Both the position numbers and the translations under genes were made by a program. From contig NC_068988.1 in NCBI RefSeq assembly GCF_001194135.2, forward strand, positions 85,542,436 to 85,606,435: a stretch of 64,000 nt of DNA, in the 5' to 3' direction. This DNA comes from Octopus bimaculoides (lineage: Eukaryota). Shown piece after piece: positions 25,033 to 37,490 of the stretch (position 1 is its first letter; every line of letters begins with the position of its first letter). Under the pieces are notes generated by a model. That model was not told the origin of the DNA, made no database searches, and worked only from the letters and a program-made list of their open reading frames with translations.

Positions 25033-25251
25033 CGAGTGGGTGCTGAAAAGTTCCTCGTTTGGGGTAAAAGAAAACACAGAAGGATCAGTTAATTATAATT
25101 TTATTCAACATATACCTCTCACAGCTTCACACACTTATTGCAACAGTCTTCCATTTTTTCTCCAAGCCTCGTAAAGGAACTCGGAAGGTTGGGCCTCCAA
25201 CCAGGCTTTTCGCGATACACTTAAAGCCAAGAACTTTTCAGCACCCCCTCA
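25033..25251 (-). mobile_element. mariner-derived MITE with TA TSD
   Basis: TIRs TA|CGAGTGGGTGCTGAAAAGTTCCT and AGAACTTTTCAGCACCCCCTCA|TA; internal minus-strand CNKCVKL*EVYVE* is a mariner transposase C-terminus. Confidence 0.9.
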
Positions 25252-25380
25252 TAAAAACCATTTATTTCTGGATTTTTTTTACATTTTGAGTTTTAACTTT
25301 CATCCTTTCGGGGTACCAGTCAGGTACTGAACCCGAAAATATCGAGTAACCCACTGCCTTCCAAATTAACTCCCTGTACC

Positions 25381-25547
25381 CAGGGCCGGCCCTAGGGTTG
25401 CTGGCAACCCGGGCAAGCTGAACTTCGGCACCCTTACAAGTATAATGTTTAAAAACTTTCACAAGGGGAAAAACTGAAAATGTAGACTAAAAAGCACACA
25501 GTGCCCCGTGCGACTGCCCAAGTTGCCAGTACCTTGAGCCGGCCCTG
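25381..25547. mobile_element. hAT-type MITE with 8-bp TSD
   Basis: TIR CAGGGCCGGC...GCCGGCCCTG; flanks CCTGTACC and CTTGTACC (7/8). Confidence 0.85.
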
Positions 25548-26790
25548 CTTGTACCTAAAATAAAATCTATTATAATTCTAGCTCTTTACATTCTGAGTTC
25601 AAATCTTGCCGTGGTGTATATTTGCCTTCCATTCTTTCGGGGTACATAAAATAAAGTACCTTCAAATACTGGGCTCGATACAGTCACCTAATTCTTCCCT
25701 CACTTTCAAAATAGCTAGCCTTGTATTTAAATAAGAAAAATAAAAAAAAATATAAGGCAAACGTCCCCAGAGGTCAGAATGCGAAGAGATATAACTAAAT
25801 CCACAATGTTGTGAATTTACCTTGACATTCACAGCCCCTTAAAACATTATTGATTTATAATTCTGACCTGTTCTTCATTCTAAATTACTTCCAACTGAGC
25901 CGGGAACAGTTTTGCATATCACATATTGATAACTGCGCACACGTGTATACACATGTGTTTATGAGTATGCGTGCGAATATGTCCGTATGTGTGTGTGTGT
26001 GAGTTTGCGTATTTGCGTGTGTCAATGGAATGAATGGATGAATGACTGAATGAATGAATAAATGAATGAATGGATAAAACTGAATTGATTAAAAGCAGAC
26101 GTAGAGAGACGAAACTAACTGGTTGCTTCATAGTTTAAACTGCAGTAGTGAGTGAAGTCGGTAAGTTGTAACTCATCGCCGTGTTCTCATTGTGAAAAAA
26201 ACGTGTTTGTCCATTAGACAACGAACCTTCTAAATATAAATAATAAAATAAAACTTGTATGACTCAACTAGGTTAGCCACANNNNNNNNNNNNNNNNNNN
26301 NNNNNNNNNNNNNNNNNNNNNNNNNNNNNNNNNNNNNNNNNNNNNNNNNNNNNNNNNNNNNNNNNNNNNNNNNNNNNNNNNNNNNNNNNNNNNNNNNNNN
26401 NNNNNNNNNNNNNNNNNNNNNNNNNNNNNNNNNNNNNNNNNNNNNNNNNNNNNNNNNNNNNNNNNNNNNNNNNNNNNNNNNNNNNNNNNNNNNNNNNNNN
26501 NNNNNNNNNNNNNNNNNNNNNNNNNNNNNNNNNNNNNNNNNNNNNNNNNNNNNNNNNNNNNNNNNNNNNNNNNNNNNNNNNNNNNNNNNNNNNNNNNNNN
26601 NNNNNNNNNNNNNNNNNNNNNNNNNNNNNNNNNNNNNNNNNNNNNNNNNNNNNNNNNNNNNNNNNNNNNNNNNNNNNNNNNNNNNNNNNNNNNNNNNNNN
26701 NNNNNNNNNNNNNNNNNNNNNNNNNNNNNNNNNNNNNNNNNNNNNNNNNNNNNNNNNNNNNNNNNNNNNNNNNNNNNNNNNNNNNNNNNN

Positions 26791-26840
<50 letters not shown>

Positions 26841-28775
26841 GTCTGCGTGTTTATCTTTCTGTCTCTCTGTCTCTGTCACTCTCTCTCTATATATGTGTGT
26901 GTGAAGTGTGAAGTGCATACACATATACACACATATACATACACATATACATACACATATACATACACATATACATACACATATATACATACACATATAT
27001 ACATACACATATACATACACATATACACACACACGCATGCACAAACAACCAGAAACGCACGGTCACACTTGCAAGTAGATATACGCTCGCATTCAAGGTC
27101 AGGGCAATGCTAAAGTTGATAGGATAACCAGACAAATGGTTTTGCGGTATTTATATCGTGTTTGAGTTCAAATCCAGACTGGGTTAGGTTGGTTTCCCAT
27201 CTTCTCCCAGAACAATAAAATAAGTATCAGTCAAGTATTGAAATCGATAAATTACTTTCCCTTCCATCTCGCTCACAATCTGTGGCATCATGCCTATAGA
27301 ACAAAACATTAATATTTGGAGTATGTAGAGCCAGGACAACGTGCAGTACAATGTTAACTTACGGTCATCTACATGCCGATTTCGAATCCTGTTTAGGTCA
27401 ACGATTTTGTCCTTTGTACTCAGTTGTCAAATATTCATCGGGACCTTCTGGTACTTCTGTCTAGGTTAGGAACCATTATAATGCATGTGATGTATTTCTA
27501 TACATTGCGTGTGTAATTGTGTGTGTGTGTGTGTGTATGTGTGTGTATGTGTATATATATNNNNNNNNNNNNNNNNNNNNNNNNNNNNNNNNNNNNNNNN
27601 NNNNNNNNNNNNNNNNNNNNNNNNNNNNNNNNNNNNNNNNNNNNNNNNNNNNNNNNNNNNNNNNNNNNNNNNNNNNNNNNNNNNNNNNNNNNNNNNNNNN
27701 NNNNNNNNNNNNNNNNNNNNNNNNNNNNNNNNNNNNNNNNNNNNNNNNNNNNNNNNNNNNNNNNNNNNNNNNNNNNNNNNNNNNNNNNNNNNNNNNNNNN
27801 NNNNNNNNNNNNNNNNNNNNNNNNNNNNNNNNNNNNNNNNNNNNNNNNNNNNNNNNNNNNNNNNNNNNNNNNNNNNNNNNNNNNNNNNNNNNNNNNNNNN
27901 NNNNNNNNNNNNNNNNNNNNNNNNNNNNNNNNNNNNNNNNNNNNNNNNNNNNNNNNNNNNNATATATATTCTGGATGTGTGTGTGTGTGTGTTTATTCTT
28001 TAACAAGAACAGTATAAAGATGTCGAAGTTTCTGCCAGCTAAGACATCATCATAATCAAATTATGATAATGATAGCTTAGCGGGTCGAAACTTCGAAATC
28101 ACTGTCGATAATATTCTTGTTAAACAATAAGTTTGTATTCTGCAAAACAATGAAGTAATCTTTCAGATTAATGCAAAATTGTTTTTATTATAACTAAACA
28201 TAAAATCAAACATTAATATTTACATACGTACTACATATATGCATACACACATTTATACCTACATGCATTTCATACATACATACATACATATATACATACA
28301 TACATACATTTCATACATACACACATACATACATACATACATACATACATACATGTGCCTTTGTGTCTGTGTTCTAAGCTTGACAACTGGTGTTGGTATG
28401 TTTATATTCCCGTAACTTAGCGGTTCGGTTCAACAGATTGGTAAAATAAGTAAATGAAGAGGGGAGTAAAGCAACAGAAGAATGTTTTTCTTCACAATTA
28501 TTTGGAAATTCGATTTTGTGAAGGAACCCAGTGTTTAACTTGGAAACCGTCTTCTGTTTTTTTTTTTTAATTAAAGATAATTAGAGGCATGCAATAAATA
28601 ATAAATAAGTAAATAATAAAAATGAAACAAAACACAATTAGAGTTTACACAAATACATACCTACATAGATGTATGCAGTATTACAACATGCATACATTCA
28701 TACATACATACATATATATACATACGTACATACAACAGACAGAAAATATATATCAGTGCAGCACACACAAATACA

Positions 28776-28814
<39 letters not shown>

Positions 28815-28857
28815 CAATATTTATTTATAGTGTATGTATGTATGTATGTATGTATGC

Positions 28858-28902
<45 letters not shown>

Positions 28903-28916
28903 TGTCAGTCAGCCTC

Positions 28917-28957
<41 letters not shown>

Positions 28958-29034
28958 GTTGTTACATGTCTATGTGCGTATGCATATGTGCGCATGTTTG
29001 TGCACAGCATATGCATATACAGTTATTCTCATAG

Positions 29035-29096
29035 ATACAGCCCAAAATGGAGCAGCTCCTCCATATGACGAGGTGTCGCTTTCGTCTCCGCAGTGA
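29035..29096 (+). CDS. Candidate terminal coding exon with PPxY-like motif (unverified)
   Basis: Acceptor TTATTCTCATAG|; phase-1 frame (D)TAQNGAAPPYDEVSLSSPQ then TGA TAG. No linked exons established. Confidence 0.3.
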
Positions 29097-29268
29097 TAGC
29101 TAACCAATTTCAACTGCTAGAGCAGATTTCACCGGGAGAAAACGAGCAGAGCTGAAATCAGCTCAATCAACTGCGTGAGTTGCGCTGATGCACCAAATAA
29201 CTAAAGGTTTAGAAGACCAGCACTGTTCAATCGATAATGGACCGAAAAGCTTCATCTGTATAAGAGAG

Positions 29269-29304
<36 letters not shown>

Positions 29305-29402
29305 TGTGTGTGAGTATGTGTGTGCTTGTGTATGTGAGAGAGAGAGAGAGAGAGAGAGCGAGAGCGCGTTTGTATGTGTGCGATATACACACTTATATAT
29401 TA

Positions 29403-29464
<62 letters not shown>

Positions 29465-29620
29465 GTATGTATATATATATATATATTTGTGTGTATATAA
29501 AAATATATATATATTCACATGCGTGTATGTTTGTCCATGTGAATGTATAAGAGAAAGAGAGACAGCGATAGAGAGTGAGAAAGACAATGTGTGTGAATGT
29601 GCGTGTTAGTGTTTGTATGT

Positions 29621-29688
<68 letters not shown>

Positions 29689-29767
29689 NNNNNNNNNNNN
29701 NNNNNNNNNNNNNNNNNNNNNNNNNNNNNNNNNNNNNNNNNNNNNNNNNNNNNNNNNNNNNNNNNNN

Positions 29768-29830
<63 letters not shown>

Positions 29831-30059
29831 TGTATGTATGTGTGTATGCATGTATTATAAATTTAGATCTCCCTTCCGTTTTTCCGTTTGCTTACCATGA
29901 GTCGTTAGATCAACAAGGTAGGAACTTCGCTTCCCTGCAGTCTGTTGTGGCCCGGTCTGTTTATTGACGAAAAGCATACTCCGGCCCACTCCAGTTTGAG
30001 GAATGAATAAAGTAAAACTGGACTCGAACCTAAATCGCAGTTTAATCAGCCTTATGCAT

Positions 30060-30205
30060 ATTATATTATACATAATACATTATATTACGAATATTATATT
30101 ATATTATATATATATTACATTATATTATATTATGTTTTATTATATCATATATTATATTTCATTATATTAAATTATATTATATTATATTATATTATATTAT
30201 ATTAT
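30060..30205. repeat. (ATATT)n pentanucleotide microsatellite
   Basis: Directly visible. Confidence 0.95.
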
Positions 30206-30574
30206 GTGGTAGATTAGTGGGACGCCGTTTGAAATATGTTGCAGGCAAATAGTGGGTCGATTACTACGGTTGTTCCTTCTCTAAAAATGTCTGCTCTGGT
30301 TCCTATGCTAGATATCGTTAACATTATCTTTGTTATTCAGTGCCTGAAGAATACATCAATAATTTACGTTTTATATAATAAATAAGCAAATAAATAAAAC
30401 GTAAAAAAAACATGCATCAAACTCGTTCAATGTTAAAGAATGAAGAGTGAATAAGTCTGAAAATTTAGGGACTCGAGAATAGCTATTTTCTTATAGGTAA
30501 CCTACTATGACGATAACAACAGCAACAACAACAACAACAACAACAATAATAATAATAATCAAAATAATAATAAT

Positions 30575-30786
30575 CCTCTCTGTTACAGGCACAAGGCCTG
30601 CAATTTTTGGGGGGAGAGGACTAGTCGATTACATTGACACTAGTGTTTCATTTGAACTTAATTTATCGACCCCGAAAGAATGAAAGGTAAAGTCGACCTC
30701 GGCGGAATTTGAACTCGGAATGTAAAGACGGATTAAATGCTGCTAAGCGATAACGATCTTGCCAGCTCAACTACTTCAATAATATC

Positions 30787-30830
<44 letters not shown>

Positions 30831-30854
30831 TAATAATGATAATGATGATGGTGG

Positions 30855-30901
<47 letters not shown>

Positions 30902-31200
30902 GTTTCAAATTATGGCACAAGACCAGCAAGTTTCGGAGAGGTGGTTAGTCGATTTCAACGACCCCAGTGCTTGACTGGTGCTTATTTTATCGACTCCGAA
31001 GGGTTGAAAGGCAAAGTCGGCAGAATTTGAACTCAGAACGTAAAGAGTCACTTGGCATTTTGTCCGACGCTCTAACGATTCGGAATGGTTTCTGATTTAG
31101 GCAGAAGTCCAGTTATTTTGAGAGGAGGGTATTTGTCAATTCCAACGACCCCAGTACTTGACTGGTACTTATTTCACTGACCCCCGAAAATATGAAAGAC
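30575..31200 (-). mobile_element. Three tandem SINE family A copies separated by triplet microsatellites
   Basis: GGCACAAGGCC/ACAAGACCAGC starts near 30587 and 30915, AGGCAGAAGTCC near 31100, each followed by CTGGTACTTATTTTATCGAC-like sequence. Confidence 0.85.
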
Positions 31201-31289
31201 AATGTCTAATACTGTGCTTCAGGGTATCGAATACCCTTTCCTTCAAAATGCTGAGCTTGTACCCTAGCCAGAAATCTTTATAATTATTT

Positions 31290-31500
31290 TGTCTGTTGAG
31301 TGGTAGAATTGGTAGAGCACCAGAGAAGATGTACCATGCTATGTTTTCCAACGTTTTACTTTCTGGGATCCATTCTCTCTAGGGTTAACTTTGCCTTTCA
31401 TCCTTTCAGGGTTGATAAAATAAAGCACCAATCAAGTACTAGGGTTGATGCAATCGACTTGCATCGCTACCTCAGGATTCTTGCCTTGTGCCAAAATTAG
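31290..31500 (+). mobile_element. SINE family A, degenerate, opposite orientation
   Basis: GTTAACTTTGCCTTTCATCCTTTCAGGGTTGATAAAATAAAGCACC...CTTGCCTTGTGCCAAAATTAG. Confidence 0.75.
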
Positions 31501-31519
31501 CAAGAATTATTTTTATTTT

Positions 31520-32085
31520 TCTGATTGCGTCTGGGACAATACCGAAAGGAATGAAGACAGATATTTTACTCATTGGCCAAAGCATCATCGACTTTTAAAA
31601 ATCCCATCTGAAGAGGAAGATGAGGGCAGAGCTACCGCTCAGTAAACTTGTTGAAAGGTGGGTGAATGTGGCGAGGATGGCCCGAGTGAGTGAGCTTACT
31701 CTAAGCTGGTTCCTGTAGGCTGAAGAATACGGAGGAGAGAGAAGCACTTGCCATGGTACTCTCGGTGAGTACCACGACAAGGGCTTCTCTCTACGTATTC
31801 GGTGAGTAGGGTGGTTCGAGATCTATGGAGTTCCTTGATTTCTCCCGGATGGCTTCCCTCCATTGGAGATTTTGTTTGTTAAGGTTATTTTGCAAATTAT
31901 TGTTGTTATTGTTTACACAGTTCTAAATCATCAGTCCGGTGTCTTTGCATTGTCCTAAATGTCTTTCGGCCCTAGAGAAAGGATTATCATTACTCACACA
32001 CATATACAAACACATTCTTTGTTTTATCCTGTACTATCCATAATGTTTTCTTAATGTAAACCCTTGTGGTTAATAAAGAAATCAT
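31520..32085 (+). mobile_element. L1/Tx1-clade LINE 3' end
   Basis: KGMKTDILLIGQSIIDF*KSHLKRKMRAELPLSKLVERWVNVARMARVSELTLSWFL* aligns with the 14720-15400 element; ends CCCTTGTGGTTAATAAAGAAATCATC. Confidence 0.8.
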
Positions 32086-32098
32086 CATTATTATTATT

Positions 32099-32310
32099 GT
32101 TCAGTAGTTTTATTTTTATAACGTGCTTTCACTTCACTACCGAGCGCAGCTCTGTGTGCCTTGGGTATGTGCTGTGGTTTGCTGTGATGCTCTTATGCTT
32201 ACTATATTGAAAGTGTTTTGCGTAGGATGTGTGCAGTGCCCAGTAGTGCAATTTTCTGTATGTTATATATATTTGTAAGTCCTGGTGTTTTTGTTATGCA
32301 TTTGTCTGAA

Positions 32311-32315
<5 letters not shown>
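32099..32315 (-). mobile_element. R4/Dong-like non-LTR retrotransposon 3' end in a (TAA)n array
   Basis: Open frame 32315-32202: KYSDKCITKTPGLTNIYNIQKIALLGTAHILRKTLSI* (the QK..LLGTA.ILRK C-terminus typical of R4/Dong/NeSL-type RLE elements); TAA repeats on both sides. Confidence 0.85.
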
Positions 32316-32372
<57 letters not shown>

Positions 32373-32699
32373 TGGTGGTGCTGGTAGTGGTGGGTTGTCA
32401 GAATCGTTAGAACCACAGGCAAAACAGCTTGCGTTGTTTAGTTGCGCCCTTCTAAAGATTTTAAGATATTGCCAAGATAGACTTTGCCTTTCATCCTTGC
32501 AGGATCGATACTAGAAATCCTCTCTCACAGCATGAACACACACAAATGCATGTATACATGTATAATGTATGTATATATGCATATGTAAGCAACATACACG
32601 CCTGCACCATTACACTCTTCGTACACATAATGTAATACTTCCCTACTCCAAGTCTCTATAAATACTAGACGCTACAATCTCTGGTTACCGTCTATAGTG

Positions 32700-33030
32700 A
32701 TCCACCACCACTAACAGCCAAGACTGCAATACCTAGCGGCTGTTATTCCTCTTCAAGGTTAGAATATACTTTAGTCTGTCTTCAGCCGTTATTGACACTC
32801 TTAAAAGATGCAAGACTATTCCATATTACAGCGCTGCTCACTTATCTGGGACGGTGCTGCAGCTGCTACACATGCAAAGATCTTGGACTGTATCCAGGAC
32901 AAAAAAACAACATCATCATCATCATCACCATCAATAACAACTGCTACAATAAAAACACCAACATCTGACTGATCAACAGACTTTCACTTGCTAACACGTT
33001 ACCGCCATAAAAACTCACTCTGACCTGCGG
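32700..33030 (+). mobile_element. L2/CR1-group LINE fragment
   Basis: SLIWDGAAAATHAKILDCIQDKK resembles CSHIWDGA..LD.IQ; same region as the 18.3-kb copy. Confidence 0.6.
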
Positions 33031-33040
33031 TCTCCTCCCA

Positions 33041-33072
<32 letters not shown>

Positions 33073-33139
33073 CTCTTTCCGGAGCAAATACAGACGCTCT
33101 ACCGATACTGCTAATCCACCGTTCTAAATGACAATAATA

Positions 33140-33320
33140 TTAAGCTTGCCGGACAAAAATGTTTAGCGGCATTTCGTCTGTCTTCAAGTTCTGAGTTGAA
33201 ATTCCCCGAGGTCGATTTTGCCATTTATCTTTTCGAGGTGGATAAAATAAGTACCACTCGATGTAATCGACTTACCCTTCTTCTAAAATTGCTGGTCTGG
33301 TCTTGTGCCAAAATTTGAGA
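33140..33320 (+). mobile_element. SINE family A
   Basis: TTAGCGGCATTTCGTC...GTTCTGAGTTGAAATTCCCCGAGGTCGATTTTGCC...CTTGTGCCAAAATTTG. Confidence 0.8.
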
Positions 33321-33324
33321 CCAA

Positions 33325-34200
33325 CATTAGTGTGTGGTAAGAAGCTTGCTTCCCAACGACATCGTTCCGGGTTCAGTCCCACTGCGTGGAATCTTGCGCA
33401 AGTGACTTCTACTACAGCGTCGGGCCGGTCAAAGCCTTGTGAGTGGATTTGGTTGACGGAACATGAAAGAAACTCGTCGTCTATCTATCTATCTATCTAT
33501 CTATATATATATATATATATNNNNNNNNNNNNNNNNNNNNNNNNNNNNNNNNNNNNNNNNNNNNNNNNNNNNNNNNNNNNNNNNNNNNNNNNNNNNNNNN
33601 NNNNNNNNNNNNNNNNNNNNNNNNNNNNNNNNNNNNNNNNNNNNNNNNNNNNNNNNNNNNNNNNNNNNNNNNNNNNNNNNNNNNNNNNNNNNNNNNNNNN
33701 NNNNNNNNNNNNNNNNNNNNNNNNNNNNNNNNNNNNNNNNNNATTGGTTCCTTTCTCTAAATTATATATATATATATAATATATATATATATATGTAATT
33801 ATTACAATTAAAAGGGTAAAGGATTATCAATTTATTAATAAATTAATAATTAATAATTTTTACCAAGCCATTCGGTATGTAAGCACCATTATCGGTGTGG
33901 AACTTATTTAAAAGTTCTTATACATTTATAAACTGATCCCTTAATTTTGTTTATAAATATATATATATGTATGTATATATCTACGTATGTGTCTTTGTGT
34001 ATGTGTTTCTCCCTCACCACCACTTGACAACCAGTGTTGGTGTGTTTATGTCCCCCATCACATAGCGGTTTGGCAAAAGAGACCGATGGAATAAGTACTA
34101 GGCTTTCAAAATAAGTCCTGGGATCTATTTGTTCAACTAGAACCCTTCAAGGCGGTACCCCCAGCATAGCCACAATCAAATGACAAACAAATAAAAGATA
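33325..34200 (+). mobile_element. SINE family B, interrupted by an internal microsatellite and a gap
   Basis: GTGTGGTAAGAAGCTTGCTTCCCAAC...CCGGGTTCAGTCCCACTGCG (33325-33480); body and tail CTTGACAACCAGTGTTGGTG...CAATCAAATGAC (33990-34200). Confidence 0.75.
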
Positions 34201-34299
34201 ACAACAGCGATGACGACAACAAACACATCAGCAACAACATCAACTTCAACAATAGTGATGATGATGATGATTAGAAAAATATCGCATAACACAGGGAAT

Positions 34300-35510
34300 A
34301 TATTTTACGGTGGTTGCGGTCTATGATCAATTAAATCGACTCAACGCTTATTTGGTTAACCTCTGAAGAATGAAAGGCAAAGTTGACTTTGAGTGAAATT
34401 TGAACTCACAACATAAAGAAATGTAGATGCTTTGTTCGACGTTCGACCGATTTTGTTACTTCCAGCGCCCTTATACCTGTTTCTGAATTAGGCACAAGGC
34501 CAGCAATTCTGAGATTACATCGATGTTAATACTTGGTAGGTACTTTATCTTTTCAGTCTCCAAAGGGTGAAAGGCAAAGTTAACCTCGGCAAGATTTGAA
34601 CTAAGAACGTAAAGAGCCGGAACAAAAACCGAAAAGCATTTCGTCCGACGCTCTAACGTCATTGCTCTAATAATTCTTTCTTACTATATGCACAAGGCCT
34701 AAAAATTTGATGGAGGAGCTAGTTGATTACATCGACCCCAGTATTCAGCTGGTACTAATCTTATCGACCCCGAAAGAATGAAGGGTAAAGTTAACTTTGG
34801 CGGGATTTGAACTAAGAACCTAAAGAGCCGGAACAAATACCGCAAAGCATTTTGTCCAACGATCTAATGACTCTGCCAACGCACCGCACTACATCGTCTT
34901 AATAATGATTTCAACTTTTGGCACAAGGCCAGCAATTTAGGGGTAGGCCGTAAATCGACTCCATCGAACCTAATGCTCAGCTGGTACTTATTTTACCAAC
35001 TCCGAAAGGTTGAGAGGTAAAATTGATCTCAGAGGAATTTGAACTCAGAGCGTAAAGACGAACGAGATGACGCTAAGCATTCTGTCCTGCTTGCTAACGA
35101 TTCTGCCAGCTCAGCTCATCGCCTTACATCGCCCTAATAATCCTTTCTACTATAGGCAGAAGGCCTGAAATTTTAGGGAAAGGAGTTAGTCGATTACATC
35201 GACCCCAGTGCGTAGCTGGTACTTATTTCATCGACCCAAAAGGCTAAATCGACGGACGAAATGCCGCTTATCATTTTGCCCGGCGTACCAACGGTTCTGC
35301 CAGCCTACCCGCCTTACATCGCCCTAATAATCCTTTCTACTAAATGCAGAAGGCCTGAAATTGAGGGTGAGGGGGACTAGTCGATTTCATCGACCCCAGT
35401 GTTCCACTGGTGCTTAATTTATCGACCCTGAAACGATGAAAAGCAAAGTCGACCTCGGCGGAATTTGAACTCAGTACGTCAAGGCGAACAAATGCCGCTA
35501 ACATCGCCCT
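34300..35510 (-). mobile_element. Head-to-tail array of about six SINE family A copies
   Basis: Repeated TGAAAGGCAAAGT...ATTTGAACT(C/A)AGAAC units with a period of roughly 170-230 bp. Confidence 0.92.
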
Positions 35511-35569
35511 AATAATAACATTAAAACAAACCAGTGAAAGGGTATATGCGAATGTATGGGTAACTCTAA

Positions 35570-35607
<38 letters not shown>

Positions 35608-35779
35608 ATATCGGTTTTCTTGCCTGTATGCACCCTGTGCATGGAATTGCGTGTGTAAATAGGCAGGTGAATGCAAGTTTTCATATTGTGTATATTTGTG
35701 AATGCGTATGTCTTATAACATCAGCATGAATGGCTTGTATGTGTGCAAATATACGACAGATGTGCACTGAATGTGCAGC

Positions 35780-36613
35780 GGCAGTGGTGATGATGATGGA
35801 GGTAGTGGTGATAGTTACGATGATGCTGCTGATGATGATGGTGAAGATGATGATGGTGGTGGTGGGTTGTGGTGGTGAGGTTGATGGCAGGGTTGGTGAT
35901 GATCGTTGTTGTGGTGGGGATAATTACGTTGATGATAGTGGTGCTGTTGATGGTGGTGGTNNNNNNNNNNNNNNNNNNNNNNNNNNNNNNNNNNNNNNNN
36001 NNNNNNNNNNNNNNNNGTGATGTACTAGCTGTTTAGCCCCAGGTCACCGTTGATCAACTAGACACGCGATCAAAGTTATCCCGATCATAACCGTCCAGAA
36101 TTAATAAAGTTACGTAAGATGTAATTATCGAATGCCATTCCTTACAGAAGACGGTAAGGTCCGACTGGAGGGAGATTTGACTGCTATTTTTAACCAGTAG
36201 TACGACGACATACAGATTCCTTTATTTACACAGTTAGTGTTAGCGGCAGCAGCAGCGGTAGTGGAAGCGGCCGGGCGGCCGTGGTGGTATGTTTGTGATA
36301 GCAATGACGGGAGTGGTCAGAAGGGTCATCGGTTGTGATTGGATAGCGGTGCAGGCGGTTGTGATGGTGGTTGTTGTTAGTGATAGTGGTGTCGGTAGTG
36401 GTTGTAGAGTCAGTTGTGGTGATTAGTGGTGGTAGTGGTGGTAGTGGTGGTAGTGGTGGTGATTTGGATAGGGTTGCGGTAGTGGTTGTAGTGACGGTAG
36501 TATTAATGGTGGTTAGTGATAACAATGGTGGTAATGGTGGTGTTGATGGTGGTGGAAGTAGTAGCAGCAGCAACAGCAGCAGCAATAGCAGTAGTAGTAG
36601 TAGTAGCAGCAGC

Positions 36614-36659
<46 letters not shown>

Positions 36660-37490
36660 TTCTAGTATTGTAGTAGCGGTAGTGGTAGTAGTAGTATTGT
36701 AGCAGTGGTGGTGGTGGTGGCAGTGGTAGTTAAGGCAGTTATGCTGACGGTGGTGATAGTTTGGTATGGTAGTTTATTATGGTAGAAGTAGCAGTGTTGG
36801 GTGAGGGTGGAGGGATGGAAGTAGGGGGCGGTGGTGGTGGTGGCGGCGGTAGTGGTGCTGCTGCTGCTGGTTGCTGGGGCTGGTGGTGGTGGTGGTGGTG
36901 GTGGTAGTTTGAAATGGTGGTTTTAATATGGAGATCATAGTAGTGGTGGTGACGGTGGTGGTGAATGAGGTGGTCAGTTTTGGCGTGGCAGAGTGATAAA
37001 AGTAATAACAATAATAATAATAATAATAATAATAATTCTTTCTTTATTGCCCACAAGGGGCTAAAGATAGAGGGGACAAACAAGGACAGACAAAGGGATT
37101 AAGTCGGTTAGGTCGACCAATAATAATAATGATAATCCTTTCTACTGGAGGCACAAGGCCTCAAATTTAGGGGGACTAGTCGATTACATCGACCCCAGTA
37201 TTTCAATAATAATAATAGTTTTGGTTATTTGTGACAATGTAGTAGACAGTGGTGATGGTGGTGGCGGCGGTAGAGGTGGTGGTGGTGGTGGTGGTGGTGG
37301 CTGGTGATATACTAGAATGGTAGTGTTACTATGCTGCTGGTGTCTCTGACGCTGATGATAGTGATGGTTTGGTTTTGGTTTGGTTTGGTTTGGTTGGTGT
37401 GTAGTGTGGGTGCTGGTATGGTAGTGGTGTTAACGGTGAAAGAAGAACAGCAGCAGCAGCAGTAGTAGTAGTAGCAGTCGCAGTAGCGGT
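35780..37490. repeat. Degenerate (GGT/GAT/AGT/AGC)n triplet block with embedded SINE pieces
   Basis: Directly visible. Confidence 0.9.
37035..37205 (-). mobile_element. Two adjacent SINE family A 3' tails (both tail variants)
   Basis: CTTTATTGCCCACAAGGGGCTAAAGATAGAGGGGAC... followed by CCTTTCTACTGGAGGCACAAGGCCTC...CATCGACCCCAGT. Confidence 0.85.

Noticed and set aside
29867-29917. 51-nt phase 1-1 exon (LPSVFPFAYHESLDQQ)
   Set aside because: The acceptor has no pyrimidine tract and abuts a microsatellite.
34300-35510. CRISPR-like or tRNA-array interpretation
   Set aside because: The units are diverged ~200-bp SINEs; there is no repeat-spacer structure and no cas genes, and the context is eukaryotic.
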